From the NCBI RefSeq assembly GCF_040938485.1, contig NW_027271112.1:434001-498000 (forward strand): a stretch of DNA of 64,000 nt. The letters are read 5' to 3'. The notes below the pieces were generated by a model that ran no database searches, was not told the DNA's origin, and worked only from the letters and a program-made list of their open reading frames with translations. Positions 1 to 11,669 of the stretch are shown here, one piece after another. The position numbers were made by a program, and so were the translations under genes. Origin of the DNA: Diadema antillarum (Eukaryota). Within the stretch, counting starts at the first letter, position 1; each line of letters begins with the position of its first letter.

Positions 1-155
1 TGAACTATATTGGGAAATCGGGCGACTTTCAGCACACTAATGCTATAAGTACATATGGGTGCAAATCACTGATCTCTATGGAAAAACAAGATCAGTGGTG
101 GAAATGAGCTGCATGCTTGGTGGAGGTCTGCGCTCTCAGAGTGCTTTTCTAGTTT
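1..155 (+). mobile_element. 3' end of a probable non-autonomous Helentron-type (HINE/DINE-1-like) repeat
   Basis: Ends in GGAGGTCT-GCGCTC-TCA-GAGTGC-TTTTCTAGTT: a subterminal motif, a short hairpin (130-144) and a T-rich end. This resembles 3' ends of HINE-like elements in aquatic animals (recognised from memory). The 5' end is outside the window. Confidence 0.4.
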
Positions 156-471
156 TAAGAATGTGTCCAGCATATCAATTTTGTTGACAGCCTGAAGATA
201 AGTTGTTATTTTGTCTGTAATTAGGACCAATTTTCAATTACTTGCTGAGACTTTTCAGTATTTTTCACACTCTGCTTCACGCCATGATACTTTTGACTAG
301 ATTTGTCCACCATGTAGTGATATGAATGACTATATGATCGCAAGCAAGGAATCAAATGTTCATACAGAAGACCCCCATGATACATGACGGGAGAGACACA
401 TGAATATATAATATTTGTTTCATACATTGTGAAATCATTTCTCCAGTTTATAATATTCAATCTCTCCCCAG

Positions 472-585
472 ATTCCACATGTTCATCATCCAGTGACCAG
501 CATTGTCTCACCCCACCCCCATTCACACCACTCACACTCTGGGGCTGCTGGTCAACCCAATGCGTCCATGGTCTTCAATGCTTGA
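472..585 (+). CDS. probable terminal coding exon of an unidentified upstream gene (His/Pro-rich C-terminus)
   Basis: Pyrimidine tract plus CAG acceptor at 469-471. Reads IPHVHHPVTSIVSPHPHSHHSHSGAAGQPNASMVFNA to TGA at 583-585. Followed by AT-rich UTR-like sequence with AATAAA at 1918-1923. The frame is inferred; another frame is also open. Confidence 0.45.
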   Translation: MPHVHHPVTSIVSPHPHSHHSHSGAAGQPNASMVFNA

Positions 586-3500
586 CCACACCTGGACAGT
601 CCATCCTTCAAGAGGCTCTGAGTCTTTGCTGGGAGACTGCATGCAGACCTATGGTGTGTCCAGCCGTGCTTGTCCCTACCAGGAATAGGCTCCTATCGAC
701 ATTTTGATTTACTCTATTTATGCCTGTTACATTCAGATTATTTGTTTTTTCATTAATTTTATTTTGCTCCGACTCAACCTGCAGTACACTGACTGGGTTT
801 CAAAGTGAACAATTGACTTGAAATTCCTGAGAGCCGTGCAACCAGAACATTAACACTTTCATTACACGTGGACAAGAAAGGCAAAATTGTAGATTTCATT
901 TCTCGAACATGTTTTCATTCAGTAGTGATATCAGGCACAATCACATACACATGTATGCCAATGAGACATGGCGATGATTCACCATTGTCCCCGTTGTTTC
1001 TACACAAACTTTGATACTGTAAAGTTGTTTATTTTTATCAATAATTTAACAACTACTGTGAAATGCCTCTATCCGTCATGAAATTATTGTCCTGCTATAT
1101 CATTACAGCACAATTTGATGGTAAGAATATGTACTTCTTGAATTCATTTGAAACAAGGAAAGAAAGGAGAGATTTGTGTACAAAGGAATGGGAGACTTGT
1201 GAGGCCATGACATCATCGCTTCATCTAATTTGCATATTATGTCATTATGAATGATATCAGGGATTTGGGAAATCAAGTGAAACGTAACATTCCTTGACTT
1301 TCTTTGATGTTGCTGTAATATTACCAAGTTTTGCTGTTCTATTTGTTTCATTTTATGAAAGTAAACTTGAATATGGAGTGAGATCATGCTGAAAATCACT
1401 TAAACTATGCCAACAGGTTGGATCAGGGGTAGAGTCCACACGTGGTAGAAATGCTAAGATAGGTGCAGGTTTATACATTCACCAAACCTGCCATGCTGTC
1501 TACACACTATGATAAAGTTGGATTGATATTGTGCAGCTTTTGATCTTTGGAGATTAATTTGTCATTCCACCGTCACACCACACTCAACTTGTCCTACGAA
1601 GGCTTGCAAAAGGACAAGTACAGGTGCCTATGATAAAGAAAAATCATCTTGTGTTCTTGGGTTATCTGCTAATTATAACAATGTATTGTTGTGAGTTAAA
1701 ATGGTATTATATGGTGCAATATGTGAGACTTACAGTTATTTGACACAACCATGATGTTATTGTAAGGATTAATCAGTAATGTATCTAACTGTATTGATAA
1801 TTTCTCCAGGCTTCTTATAGTTTTGTAATCTACTCTTCTATATACATTTGTAATCTCTTCCCCCCCCCCCAAGGTATTATGTTTCTTTCACCTCTATGTT
1901 GAAAACACGCTTTAAGTAATAAAAGGTTGAGGAAAACATGTCCACTGCAAAGCAAAAATCATAAGTGTAAAATAATGATAATAATAATAATAATGAAAAA
2001 TGAATAAAAAATACACTTGTGATGCACTGTCCACACTCAAAAACATTAAGTAGCATGTTCCATATACAGTCTATTTTTAAGGTTGCTCTAGGCTTTAATG
2101 CTAAATCCCATGACAGTTCATTCAGTTTACAGCCTTACTTTTCCATATACTCAGTAAAACACATATTATCCCTGTTTAGTTGTTTTTTTTTTTCTTCTTC
2201 TTTTTTTTTAAATATGCCTACATTGCTAACTAGCATATTTTGTGAATATGATGCTGACACTAAGGTTTTTTTGTTTTTTTTATGAAGACAGAACCAGATT
2301 TAATTTACTGTTTGTTGCAAAAGCATGCATTCTGCTGGCTGTAATGTATTGCTTACACACTATTCACTATTTGGTTTATTGGTAGATTATGCACATAACA
2401 GACTCACTGTCAACCATCTGATGTGGTTTGTGTGCCAATCCAGAGGATATATCTCTGTGATTTGAATAGCAGAACCAAGCATAGATATATAGAGCAGTCA
2501 AACCATGCACACAGTAAGAGTCTTCAAGCTAAATAATGTCATATGAAGTGAATTTTTCTATTTAGATTTAGTGTTTACAGGCTGCCTACCAATCAGAAGC
2601 TACGTTTTCCCTGTGCAGTGCCTCAGTGTGTATATTTACTTGTGTATCTCACCAACATACTCAGGTTTGAAGACAAGGTAAACTTTTCTCATGAGAGCAG
2701 GTTTAATTTTCTATGCATAAGGACACTGTGAAATTGAAAGTGACGCAAATCAGCATTCGTTTGGCCTCTCATTGAATACCTGCTAAAATTTGCCACGCTC
2801 TGCTTCAATATGATAAGCTTTAATAGTATGCAAAATGTGATGCCTTCATGAGGACATTTAGCGCTAGATATGAGAGAATCCCTAGCAATTCATTTTCCCT
2901 AAAATTCAAAAATTGTCTTTGTAAATAAATTCTAATCTTTTCAGCCCAAGTTCAGTGGTGAAACATTTGCTATTCTGCATTCATTCATTCATTCAAATAC
3001 AGATCCTTGTTGGGATATGTCAAATACAAACACCTTAAATCATTCTTTTAGGAATGAGCATTAAAGCATACAATTATATTATTAACCAAGAAAGTGGATT
3101 ATTCAAGCTATTATTACAAGTTTGCTTTGCAGTCCAATAATGTGAATGTAGTGTCAAACATATACCCATTATCATCAAAGTGGTGTAGTTCAGACATCCT
3201 CGTGTGTAGAATAACCCTTGACTGTGTCAAAATTAGGCCTGTGGTAGTACATGTACAGTGTATGTATGAAAAATGTCCAGTTAGAAACACGTCGGAATTC
3301 AAAGTTGTGATTTAGCCAAGTATATGTTACGCCCAAGGTTCATATTTGTCTGAGGTTGAGAAAATAATGTGCTAGACTCCCAATAAGACCTTAATGGTGG
3401 TACATGTATTATCCACAATTTTCCTGCCTATCCAACAGTAAATTCCTAAGGCTTCAAGTCTGCACCTCATAAAGACACAGAAACACATGGACTTCACTCT

Positions 3501-5242
3501 TTTCATACTTGTTATTGTATAAAAATATCGTTCTTCTTAGCTATCAAGTACAGGCTACCATTGGATGTATTTTCATACTAATGTGTTGTGCAGGTGCATG
3601 TACAGTGCCTGATTTAAAAGGTCTTCAAAGAGCTATATGGGGCAAACACATCCACATACTGTAAAGCAGGAAATTTTCATGAAATGGAACTAGTGGCCTT
3701 TTTCATGGCATGAATTTTTTGTGAATTGCCAGTGGTAGTTCAATGCACATAGGCCTACATACAATGAAGACAAGAACTTTCACTCCCACTTTAATTTCAT
3801 GAATCTTGGCTCTCACAACATTTGCAAAATTGAAATGCACATACAAATTTCTGCTTTTACAGTACATGTATGAAGCTTTGAATCTCTCTCTTGAAGCTCG
3901 ACAGAGAGGTAGAGGAGATGACAGCCTGGGATAGTGAGTTTTAAAGTCTGATTGCATCCAGGAAGAAACTTCTGTGGAGTTCTTTTCAGTGCACTTCAAA
4001 TGTCCAACTCTGTTGATGTTAGTGTAGATAGTTGTAAAGTGTTTTTCATTCTATACAAATCATAGATTTTGATATTTTTGAGCAGCTTATTTTCCATTGT
4101 ATGTATATCAAGACTATAAAGCTGTACAAATGTGTTTAGATAAGAATAAGACCTAGAAAATATATGCAAAAGCAATCTAAGGTAGAAATAAAGGAAATTA
4201 TTAATTCCAGTCTAAATTCTCCATGTGTTTTGATATTTTGATATTGAAGTTTCCTCATGACAAACAGTACACATGTACACATATCACACCATCAGCAGTT
4301 AACATCATTGTTGTAATTCACAAGATGGGGAAACATGTAACATTTGAAGGAACTGTTGTAGGAATGCACATGCATATGTTTGTGCAGGAAACACACATAC
4401 ATAAAAAAGGCAGGAAAAATATCTTCAGTGATGGTGAAAAGACTCAGAGGAAACTCGCATCAACAGTAACATTCTTTGGTGTCATAAAACATAACGTAGA
4501 TCCATTTCTGTGGCAGAAGAGAAAGTCAATGGCCCTCAGGAAATGGAATTTCTCCTGTGTCAAAAAATAAATTAGTACTTGCCAACCTGAAAAATATAAT
4601 AATTAATGACCACCCGACCCCTTCCTCTCTCCCCCCCCCCCCCCAAAAAAAAAGAAAAAGAAAAAAAATAGTTTCTCAGATATCGAATAGAATATCATAC
4701 TTATACATGTATATATATTTTAGGTGTGTGTGTATGGTATATGTTTGTTTGTGTGTGTGCATGTGTGTATCATATTAACAAATATGTTAGTTTTCAGACA
4801 ATTTGTGTCAGTACTGTACTGGAATATTGCCTACAAATCACACTGATATTGGTGAATTATATTTTTTTTACAGGGGTATTTGTTTCAAATTTTCAATCCT
4901 GATCAGCCACACACACACATACAAGCACGCACATCATCATAACAAGACGAGTAGACAGAAGACGGAGAGAGAGACATTGATACTGATAGATCGTTGTGTC
5001 AAAACAACTGAGCTCATGACGTTGAACTGTGTACGATACATGTGTGTATTTTATCAACACTGGATGGCCAAGATGTGCAACATTACTATCAGGACCCTGA
5101 AAGCTGCAATGTCTCCTAAAATAAAACATCTGCACACGATGAGTTCATATTATTTGCTGGCTGCAACACAAATGGGTACATATCTCTTGCCTGATTAGAC
5201 AAATGGATAAGAATGAACAACAACAACAACAAAATGACACTG

Positions 5243-5426
5243 CAGGGTTCGAAATTAGCGATGGTCCGCTGGCCATTGGCCACCCAAAATCACATCGGAC
5301 TAGCTAAAAATCATAAAATTCTGAAGTTACTAGTCCGTCTGGCTAGCCAAAATATTGCTTCAGTGTCAAAATTGATTCTAAGTAGTCCGCCTGGCTAGTT
5401 AAAAAAAAAGTTAAGTGCGACCCCTG
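5243..5426. mobile_element. MITE with CAGGG termini and 5-bp TSD (hAT5-like)
   Basis: Imperfect TIRs CAGGGTTCGAAATTAG / CAGGGGTCGCACTTAA (reverse complement of right end). CACTG is directly repeated at 5238-5242 and 5427-5431. Confidence 0.65.
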
Positions 5427-6491
5427 CACTGTATATTACAGGTCACATTCTCTAACACACAGGATCATAGAAATATGCACACATACACATACATGAATCA
5501 AACGTTTAAAACAGAACAGTTTGTGCATTGTGGCTAATGTCCACATACATATAAAATACACATTCATATGAGTTTACTGATAAGATGGAAACACTAGGTT
5601 AAGATTTATTTTCCACATACAGTGGATATCACTGACCAATATGTTACATCATGCTACCTGCAAGCCAATGTAGAACTCGAAAGTTTTTTAAAGAATGATT
5701 CATGCTTGTGTTGCCATCCATAACATTCAAGATTGGCATTGCTGCCTATCCCCCAGACGTACTACCAGATCGAGACCATGCCTGGTGATGAAGGCCTTGT
5801 CTTGTCCCTTATATTCCATTGCAAACATCAAAATATTTTGCATGTGGGTTGAATAATAATGTCTCCCACTGATACACCTTCAGATTAGAAAAAAAAAATA
5901 GGAATGACAAGCTAACCCCGTTTGCATTCAAGGATATGCTCCAAATTTGCACTGAGAATAACAGAATTTGGGGCTCTGAATAAATCGATATGAAAACTAT
6001 ATGTAATATTGTTTCTCCCTCCATTACAAAGAAGTTTCCAGTTTCATCATTCTTAGAAGAGGTCTAAATTACCTACCTCGACAATATACAAGTACATGAA
6101 GTACAGAAAGAAGATGGACAAAGCAAAAATATTCACTTCTCCTCACGTTTGTTGTTGATTTCTCATCCTTACTGTCCTGTCTTTTTCAGTATTTTTTTTT
6201 CTCCAACAGATGCATACACTGTCAGTATACATTATGGGTACTGAGAGGTCTGATATGTATTTTACACTAAATAACAGAGAGTTCATGTACCAGGTATGCC
6301 TAATCTGTCTTAGCATACTTAAGAGAAAATGTTCCTTTATTTGCTTAAGTGTCACAAAATAGACTTTTTAATGATCCATGATCATTCTTCGGTCATTGAT
6401 AACACAGGTTTGCTGATAAATTTGCAGAATAAACACTGATCAGATGCCTAATCTTAATAAAGAATTGTGGTTCCTGCAAATTCACTAAATA

Positions 6492-7422
6492 CAGGGGAAA
6501 CTCGGTATAACGAACACTGCTATAACGAGATATCGGTTATAACGAGGAAATTTTCTCGGTCCCAAATTTCCTTCCACACAAGTCTATGTAAAATGCTACT
6601 CTTATAGCGAGATCGGCTATAACGAAATAACTGCTATAACGAGATAAATTTTGTGACTTCCAAACAAAGAAAAACATAGTAAATCAAACCTGCTATAGCG
6701 AGGTAAAGCAAAATGCCTTCGGTAAAGCTTTACTTCGCCTGTGCTATCATCTTCCGAGATTGTAAAGCTTGATGCGCCAAAAACTGTCTTGTACACACAT
6801 AATCATTTTCGTCAGTGCACTCCAGCTAGCACTGCATGTTGTACGTGTGAAGTGTGTGTGTGCACGCACACTGATACATGCAGAAAATGTGGTGGGACGG
6901 CCATATGTATACATGACATCATCATGACATTTAGCAGGTGTGAGGCAATCGGATGCTGTGATTGGCCTTCTACTTAGGGAATTCCCCGTCTTCACACACA
7001 CACGCAGTCATTATGTACATACAGAATGTGTCACATACACACACAGCATTGTGCAGACCATTATTCAAGCTTTCCACACAACACACACCCATACGATAAC
7101 CACATACCAATCCACAGACTATCTTGATACAATCGCAAGCTATATAAATTTATAAATTCAAACATCTACAATTAATAAGAAACACATTCTTGATATTGGA
7201 TTTCCTTGGCGAAAAACATCGTCTTACCCATAAAGGTGAGTAATTCCCTCACACACAATATCAAGTTATCAGTATTGATTGAAATATGATGGGTAGTCCC
7301 ACATGTGCAAATTAATGTCTTTATTTTATGCCTTCTTTTATGCCTACTGATATAACGAGATATCGGCTATAACGAGGAAAATGACTCGGTCCCGACCATC
7401 TCGTTATATCGAGTTTCCACTG
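6492..7422. mobile_element. Tc1/mariner-pogo (Tigger-like) MITE, 931 bp
   Basis: TIRs CAG(G/T)GGAAACTCG(G/A)TATAACGA, TA TSD at 6490-6491 and 7423-7424, internal TATAACGA repeats. Near-identical inverted copy at 48238-49158. Confidence 0.9.
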
Positions 7423-7483
7423 TACTGCATTGTCTACGACATCCCCTGCATGAACAATAATTACATGTACATGGTGTATTTAA

Positions 7484-7831
7484 AGCCTGCCGCACACTAC
7501 ACGACTTTGCCCCGATTCACCGGTCTTAAGACCTTAAGACTAGAAGTGTGACGTTACAGTCTTGCCAGTTTCCAGTCATACGACTGGGTCTTAGCGCCAG
7601 TCGTAGAGATTTGACATGTTGAATTTCTACGACCGGTTGTAGGCTTTCAGCCATTCACAATGCAGTAAAATGCAGGCGCATGCAGTGCGCACTGCGCGCG
7701 CTTTACAGTCGTAAGCCTTCTCGTAAGGTTCAGTCGTATAGTGTGCGGTGTCCGGTTGTACCACTGGTCTTAAGACCCAGCTTGGCTTACAGACTTTAAG
7801 ACCAGTCTGATCGTGTAGTGTGCGGTGGCCT
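7484..7831. mobile_element. PIF/Harbinger-like MITE
   Basis: TIR core CCGCACACTACACGA at both ends. TAA TSD at 7481-7483 and 7832-7834. Internal GTCTTAAGACC and GTCGTA repeats. Confidence 0.75.
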
Positions 7832-8127
7832 TAAGATGCATACAAAGCTTAAGTGTTGGTCACTATCAAGTCTTGAACTTTTGAACTTAAAGCTGCTTTC
7901 TTTGTTATATCTTGATTGCTTGTACAAAGGTTATTAGTTTTTTTTTCATTATTTTGTATTTGATATGCATGCCTCTGCTTGACCCAATCCTAGAAAACAG
8001 CTCTTTTGAGAAATTGAACAATATACAGGTATTGTTCACAATGTTGGATTCACATCACATTGTTTGTGACTTTTAATTAAATCCATTGAGTGAATGATAT
8101 CAGGATAGGTGTTTCCTTGACAAAATG

Positions 8128-8334
8128 GGGACTGCAGATCAATTGCCCCAGAGGACAATTACCCACTGGCTAAATGCTGGTTAGTGTTGAGGTTAGAGTA
8201 AACATTAGAGTTAGGGTTAGGTATAGGGTATAGAGTTTGGGTTAGGGTTAAGATTAGGTTCAGGATCAGGATTAGGGTTAAGATCAGGGGAAGGGTCTGG
8301 GGTAATTGCCAAAGGGGGTAATTGCCCTAGACCC
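8128..8334. repeat. small element containing a degenerate TTAGGG-like hexamer array
   Basis: 8180-8290 is a run of TTAGGG/TTAGAG/TTAGGT/ATAGGG/TCAGGA units, bracketed by CAATTGCCCC / GGGGTAATTGCC inverted motifs. Confidence 0.65.
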
Positions 8335-8687
8335 TTGCAGACAGTAAGCCGACAAATTTCACCATGTGTACATAACTAAGTTTGGTTACCATACACCTCT
8401 TGGTGAAGAGTGCAGTCCATATTTCTTTTTCCCCTCATGACAAAATTGTAGAAAATAAAAAAAATTTTATGTGTCTTTTAAAAATCTTACAAGCAGGTCG
8501 TGTGCCCTGGGTCCTTTTTCAGTATGTTAAGACAGGATGTCTTACTAGGGCTGAAACTTCCCATTGCAACTGCCAATCTGGAAGATGGATTCCTGTTACC
8601 ATGGCAACTGCAATGCAGCAAGAACAGCAACACAGTTGCTGAAGAGTCTGGTAAAGAGTTTGGTCAGACTTAACATACAATCATGGG

Positions 8688-10064
8688 TCACGACTGGCCT
8701 GCCTTTTTAAATATCTTGGTCAGTGTCTCTGTGGTCACCTTGCCTGACTTGCCAGGTTTACTCTTATCATGGTCCTCCTGAGTGACCTTCTGACGATGAG
8801 CTCGCACCCTGGCGATCCACTCCTTTCCTTTCTCTCTCTTCTTCTTCTCCAGCTTGCCTAACCTCTCACCAAGCTCCACACTCTTCAGGTAGAAGTTTGT
8901 CTCTCTCTTGGCCTGTGTAATCTCTGTCCTGATCCGGTGCTGACGTACCTGACGCTCATACTGCAGCCTCTCCGCCAGGTGAGCCCATTGGAAGCGGTGA
9001 AGGTACTTGAGATTCCACAGCTCCTCATAGTATCGGCTGCGTTTCTTGCCACCAATTGGTGTGTTGTTGAAGGTCAGTGCTACACTCTTGGCAATTTTTT
9101 TGTCTGTGAATTCAATCCAGCCCTCAGTAAATATCTTTGATCTGCCACCACCTTTTTTCCGCCGGTTCTTTCTTTGAAATTTATCTGAAAAACAGCAAAT
9201 AAAACACTTAATGCAATGACATCTACACTTGTATAATGTACAATTTTGTACTTCATCTCCACATGTATGCCACATGTAGTATGACACAATTATACCTTAT
9301 CTGCATTTTACATCTAGATAACTATGAATAACATGTTACAGTATCTAAAGGCAAGTGATACCAGGTAGCAATGCAGGAGTATTATGATCGTTCACCTTTG
9401 GTCATATGACTTAAAGATAAAAAAAAAATTCTTCATTTCTGCACACACACACACACAAAACGATATCACTAAATTTACTTCTTAAAAGCTAGATGTCATA
9501 TCTACCTGCCATAGATGTCAGAAAAACTGTAAATTCTTGCAGTTTTTTTTTCTTAGTGGGAGTTAGTGGCTTTATAAACCCAAAACTCAGTCTCTCACAA
9601 AACTTTACACACAAAAAAAAATCTGAAAGGCATTTAATAGTCATCTGAGCAATGCTTCACATTGTATTTCCAATTTTAACAGAAAAATGTTGTATGCAAA
9701 CAGCAGTTTCTTGTCCATCATGCTATTGATACCATTTGTTTATCCATGGACAGGGTAAGGTCTTCTATTTTTCTTTCTTTTTATTCAATATACAAATTTT
9801 GTATTTCCACTAACCTTCTGGTTGGAGGAACACACGCCCAATCTCCCCATACTGGGAGAATATTTTCTTGATGCGTTGAGGTCTCATAAGAGGAGGCACT
9901 CTGCTCATGTAAATAATTCCAGGCTTGGTGGTCTTGTCTGCTTTGCTCTTGACATCTTCAGTGTCTGATGTAGATGGCGAGAGTCTCTCTTCCACTCCAG
10001 CTGGTCTCATTTCCTGCTCAGTGCTTTGGTCACTGTCTTCAGTCCCTCTTTGTTCGGTATCCAT
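8688..10064 (-). CDS. ABT1: activator of basal transcription 1 (ABT1/Esf2, pre-rRNA processing RRM protein), 248 aa
   Basis: Exons 10064-9815 and 9184-8688, joined by a GT-AG phase-1 intron; 747 nt in total. Motifs [30 protein letters not shown] and [50 protein letters not shown] match the ABT1/Esf2 family. An in-frame TGA lies upstream of ATG 10064. Confidence 0.93.
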
Positions 10065-11200
10065 GATACAATCCAGATGAACACATCACTTCCAGCCACT
10101 GGCAACAAGATTCTTGCACTTTCCTGCATTATGCACACAACAGGAATTTAAAGGAATGATATTTGAAGTACATCTGTATTGTTTACGATATTGTTTAGTG
10201 GAAAATTCACTTACACCCAAAGTTATTTTCCCAATTTGAGTCATCTTCAACAGATAAAAAGTGCTTTCTTAAATACATTTTACAAAAATAAAACCCAGAA
10301 GATGTATGTTTATACAAAGTACCAATGGATACTTAAATACAGGCTTGCGAAGCATCTGTATTAAGTTCCACATTCTGTCAACATTTTAAGTTGGCTAAAC
10401 TATGGCCAGGTGGAGTCGCATCAAACTTAAACTTGGTGGGCTCATACTTCCACTTCAAGATATATGAATACATATGATTATGGAAAGGTACAAGAAGAAT
10501 CAAAATACAATGGCGATCTACTACAATGCAGTATGAGTACTTCCAATACAGACACATGAATTACAAAATTTAACTCACTACATTGATTGAGCATGCTATC
10601 ACAAGAACAGCAGGACACCTTTCAATCCCATAAATATAAAACCAACAAGTTATATTTGACAATAAATATAAAACACAAGCCGCCCATAATTTGACCATAA
10701 CACCATCTTAAACTTGACTACCTCCTACACGTAAAACTTATACTCTTTTGCGCACAGTCGATCCTTGGCACAGGAGGTCGAACCTTGGTGCAGTGCCGAA
10801 CATGTTTTGGTCAACCAAGACTGGTACAGTAGCCATGTAGGCCCTGCATTTGACTGAAAGATCAGTCTGCATCTGGTCGTCGGGGATACGTTCTGTGGAG
10901 GCTTCATGGAATCCCCTCCGGATGAGAGCCGTAAATGTCAAAAAATTTTAAAATTTTAAAAACTCCTCCGGACAGACAGATTTTTCTGTCTGTTTAGAGT
11001 CCAGTAGGTGTCCTAGTTACTGTCGGGGTAACCATGCAAACAAGGCTGTTAACCCCAGGGTGCTGTAGGCCCCCTAAACGCACCAGCAACAGCAACGTAA
11101 ATTTACTGGTTATAGCGCCCCACCCCGCAATGGGGTTTAGATAAGCCCCCTAACCACTGCAGTGGCAGTAACATACAACTGTAGATCTAGATCTAAGGTA

Positions 11201-11387
11201 CTGTAAAAGGGGAAATTTTCACGCTTTTCGCGCAACCAGACGCCAGCACGAAAATAAAGCATCAAATATTTTTGCATGCCATGTTCCAGCTGTTGATATC
11301 CTGATTCCGTGGAATTAGAAACACACGAAATCCATCTTACCCAGCCGAGTGCGAAAAATTACTCGCGCAGAAATATCCACTTTACAG
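11201..11387. mobile_element. TA-flanked MITE (CTGTAAA...TTTACAG termini)
   Basis: TA|CTGTAAAAG ... CTTTACAG|TA with internal CGCG(A)AA motifs. A related element lies at 38609-38818. Confidence 0.7.
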
Positions 11388-11669
11388 TAGTGTAAATCTA
11401 ATTTACTTGTTAGGGTAGTGCTGTTGCAGACAACACTGTGACGTGCTTGCCTTTGCGCACAACGCCACAATAAATTTACTTTAGTTCTCTATTAAAGTAA
11501 AACATTGCTCCAGATCTTACTTAATAGAAGCTGTCTAACATTACATTACTCTTAAGATTGACTGTGAAGTAAATTTAGACCACGTGCACGTCTAATTTTC
11601 CTTCCTTTTGACCATGTTGACTTTCAAACTGGAATCAAAGTTTATTTGAACACTCACACACAGTCACAG

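Noticed and set aside
2581-2677. Exon-like segment (ACAG|...AAG|GTAAAC) with one open frame
   Set aside because: No recognisable homology and no partner exons; could be chance or a non-coding exon
8180-8290. True telomere or chromosome-fusion scar
   Set aside because: Short, highly degenerate, single orientation and embedded in a small repeat element
10738-10941. Minus-strand ORF upstream of ABT1 as an ABT1 coding exon
   Set aside because: No ABT1 similarity, and an in-frame stop precedes ATG 10064. I could not assign it to any family.
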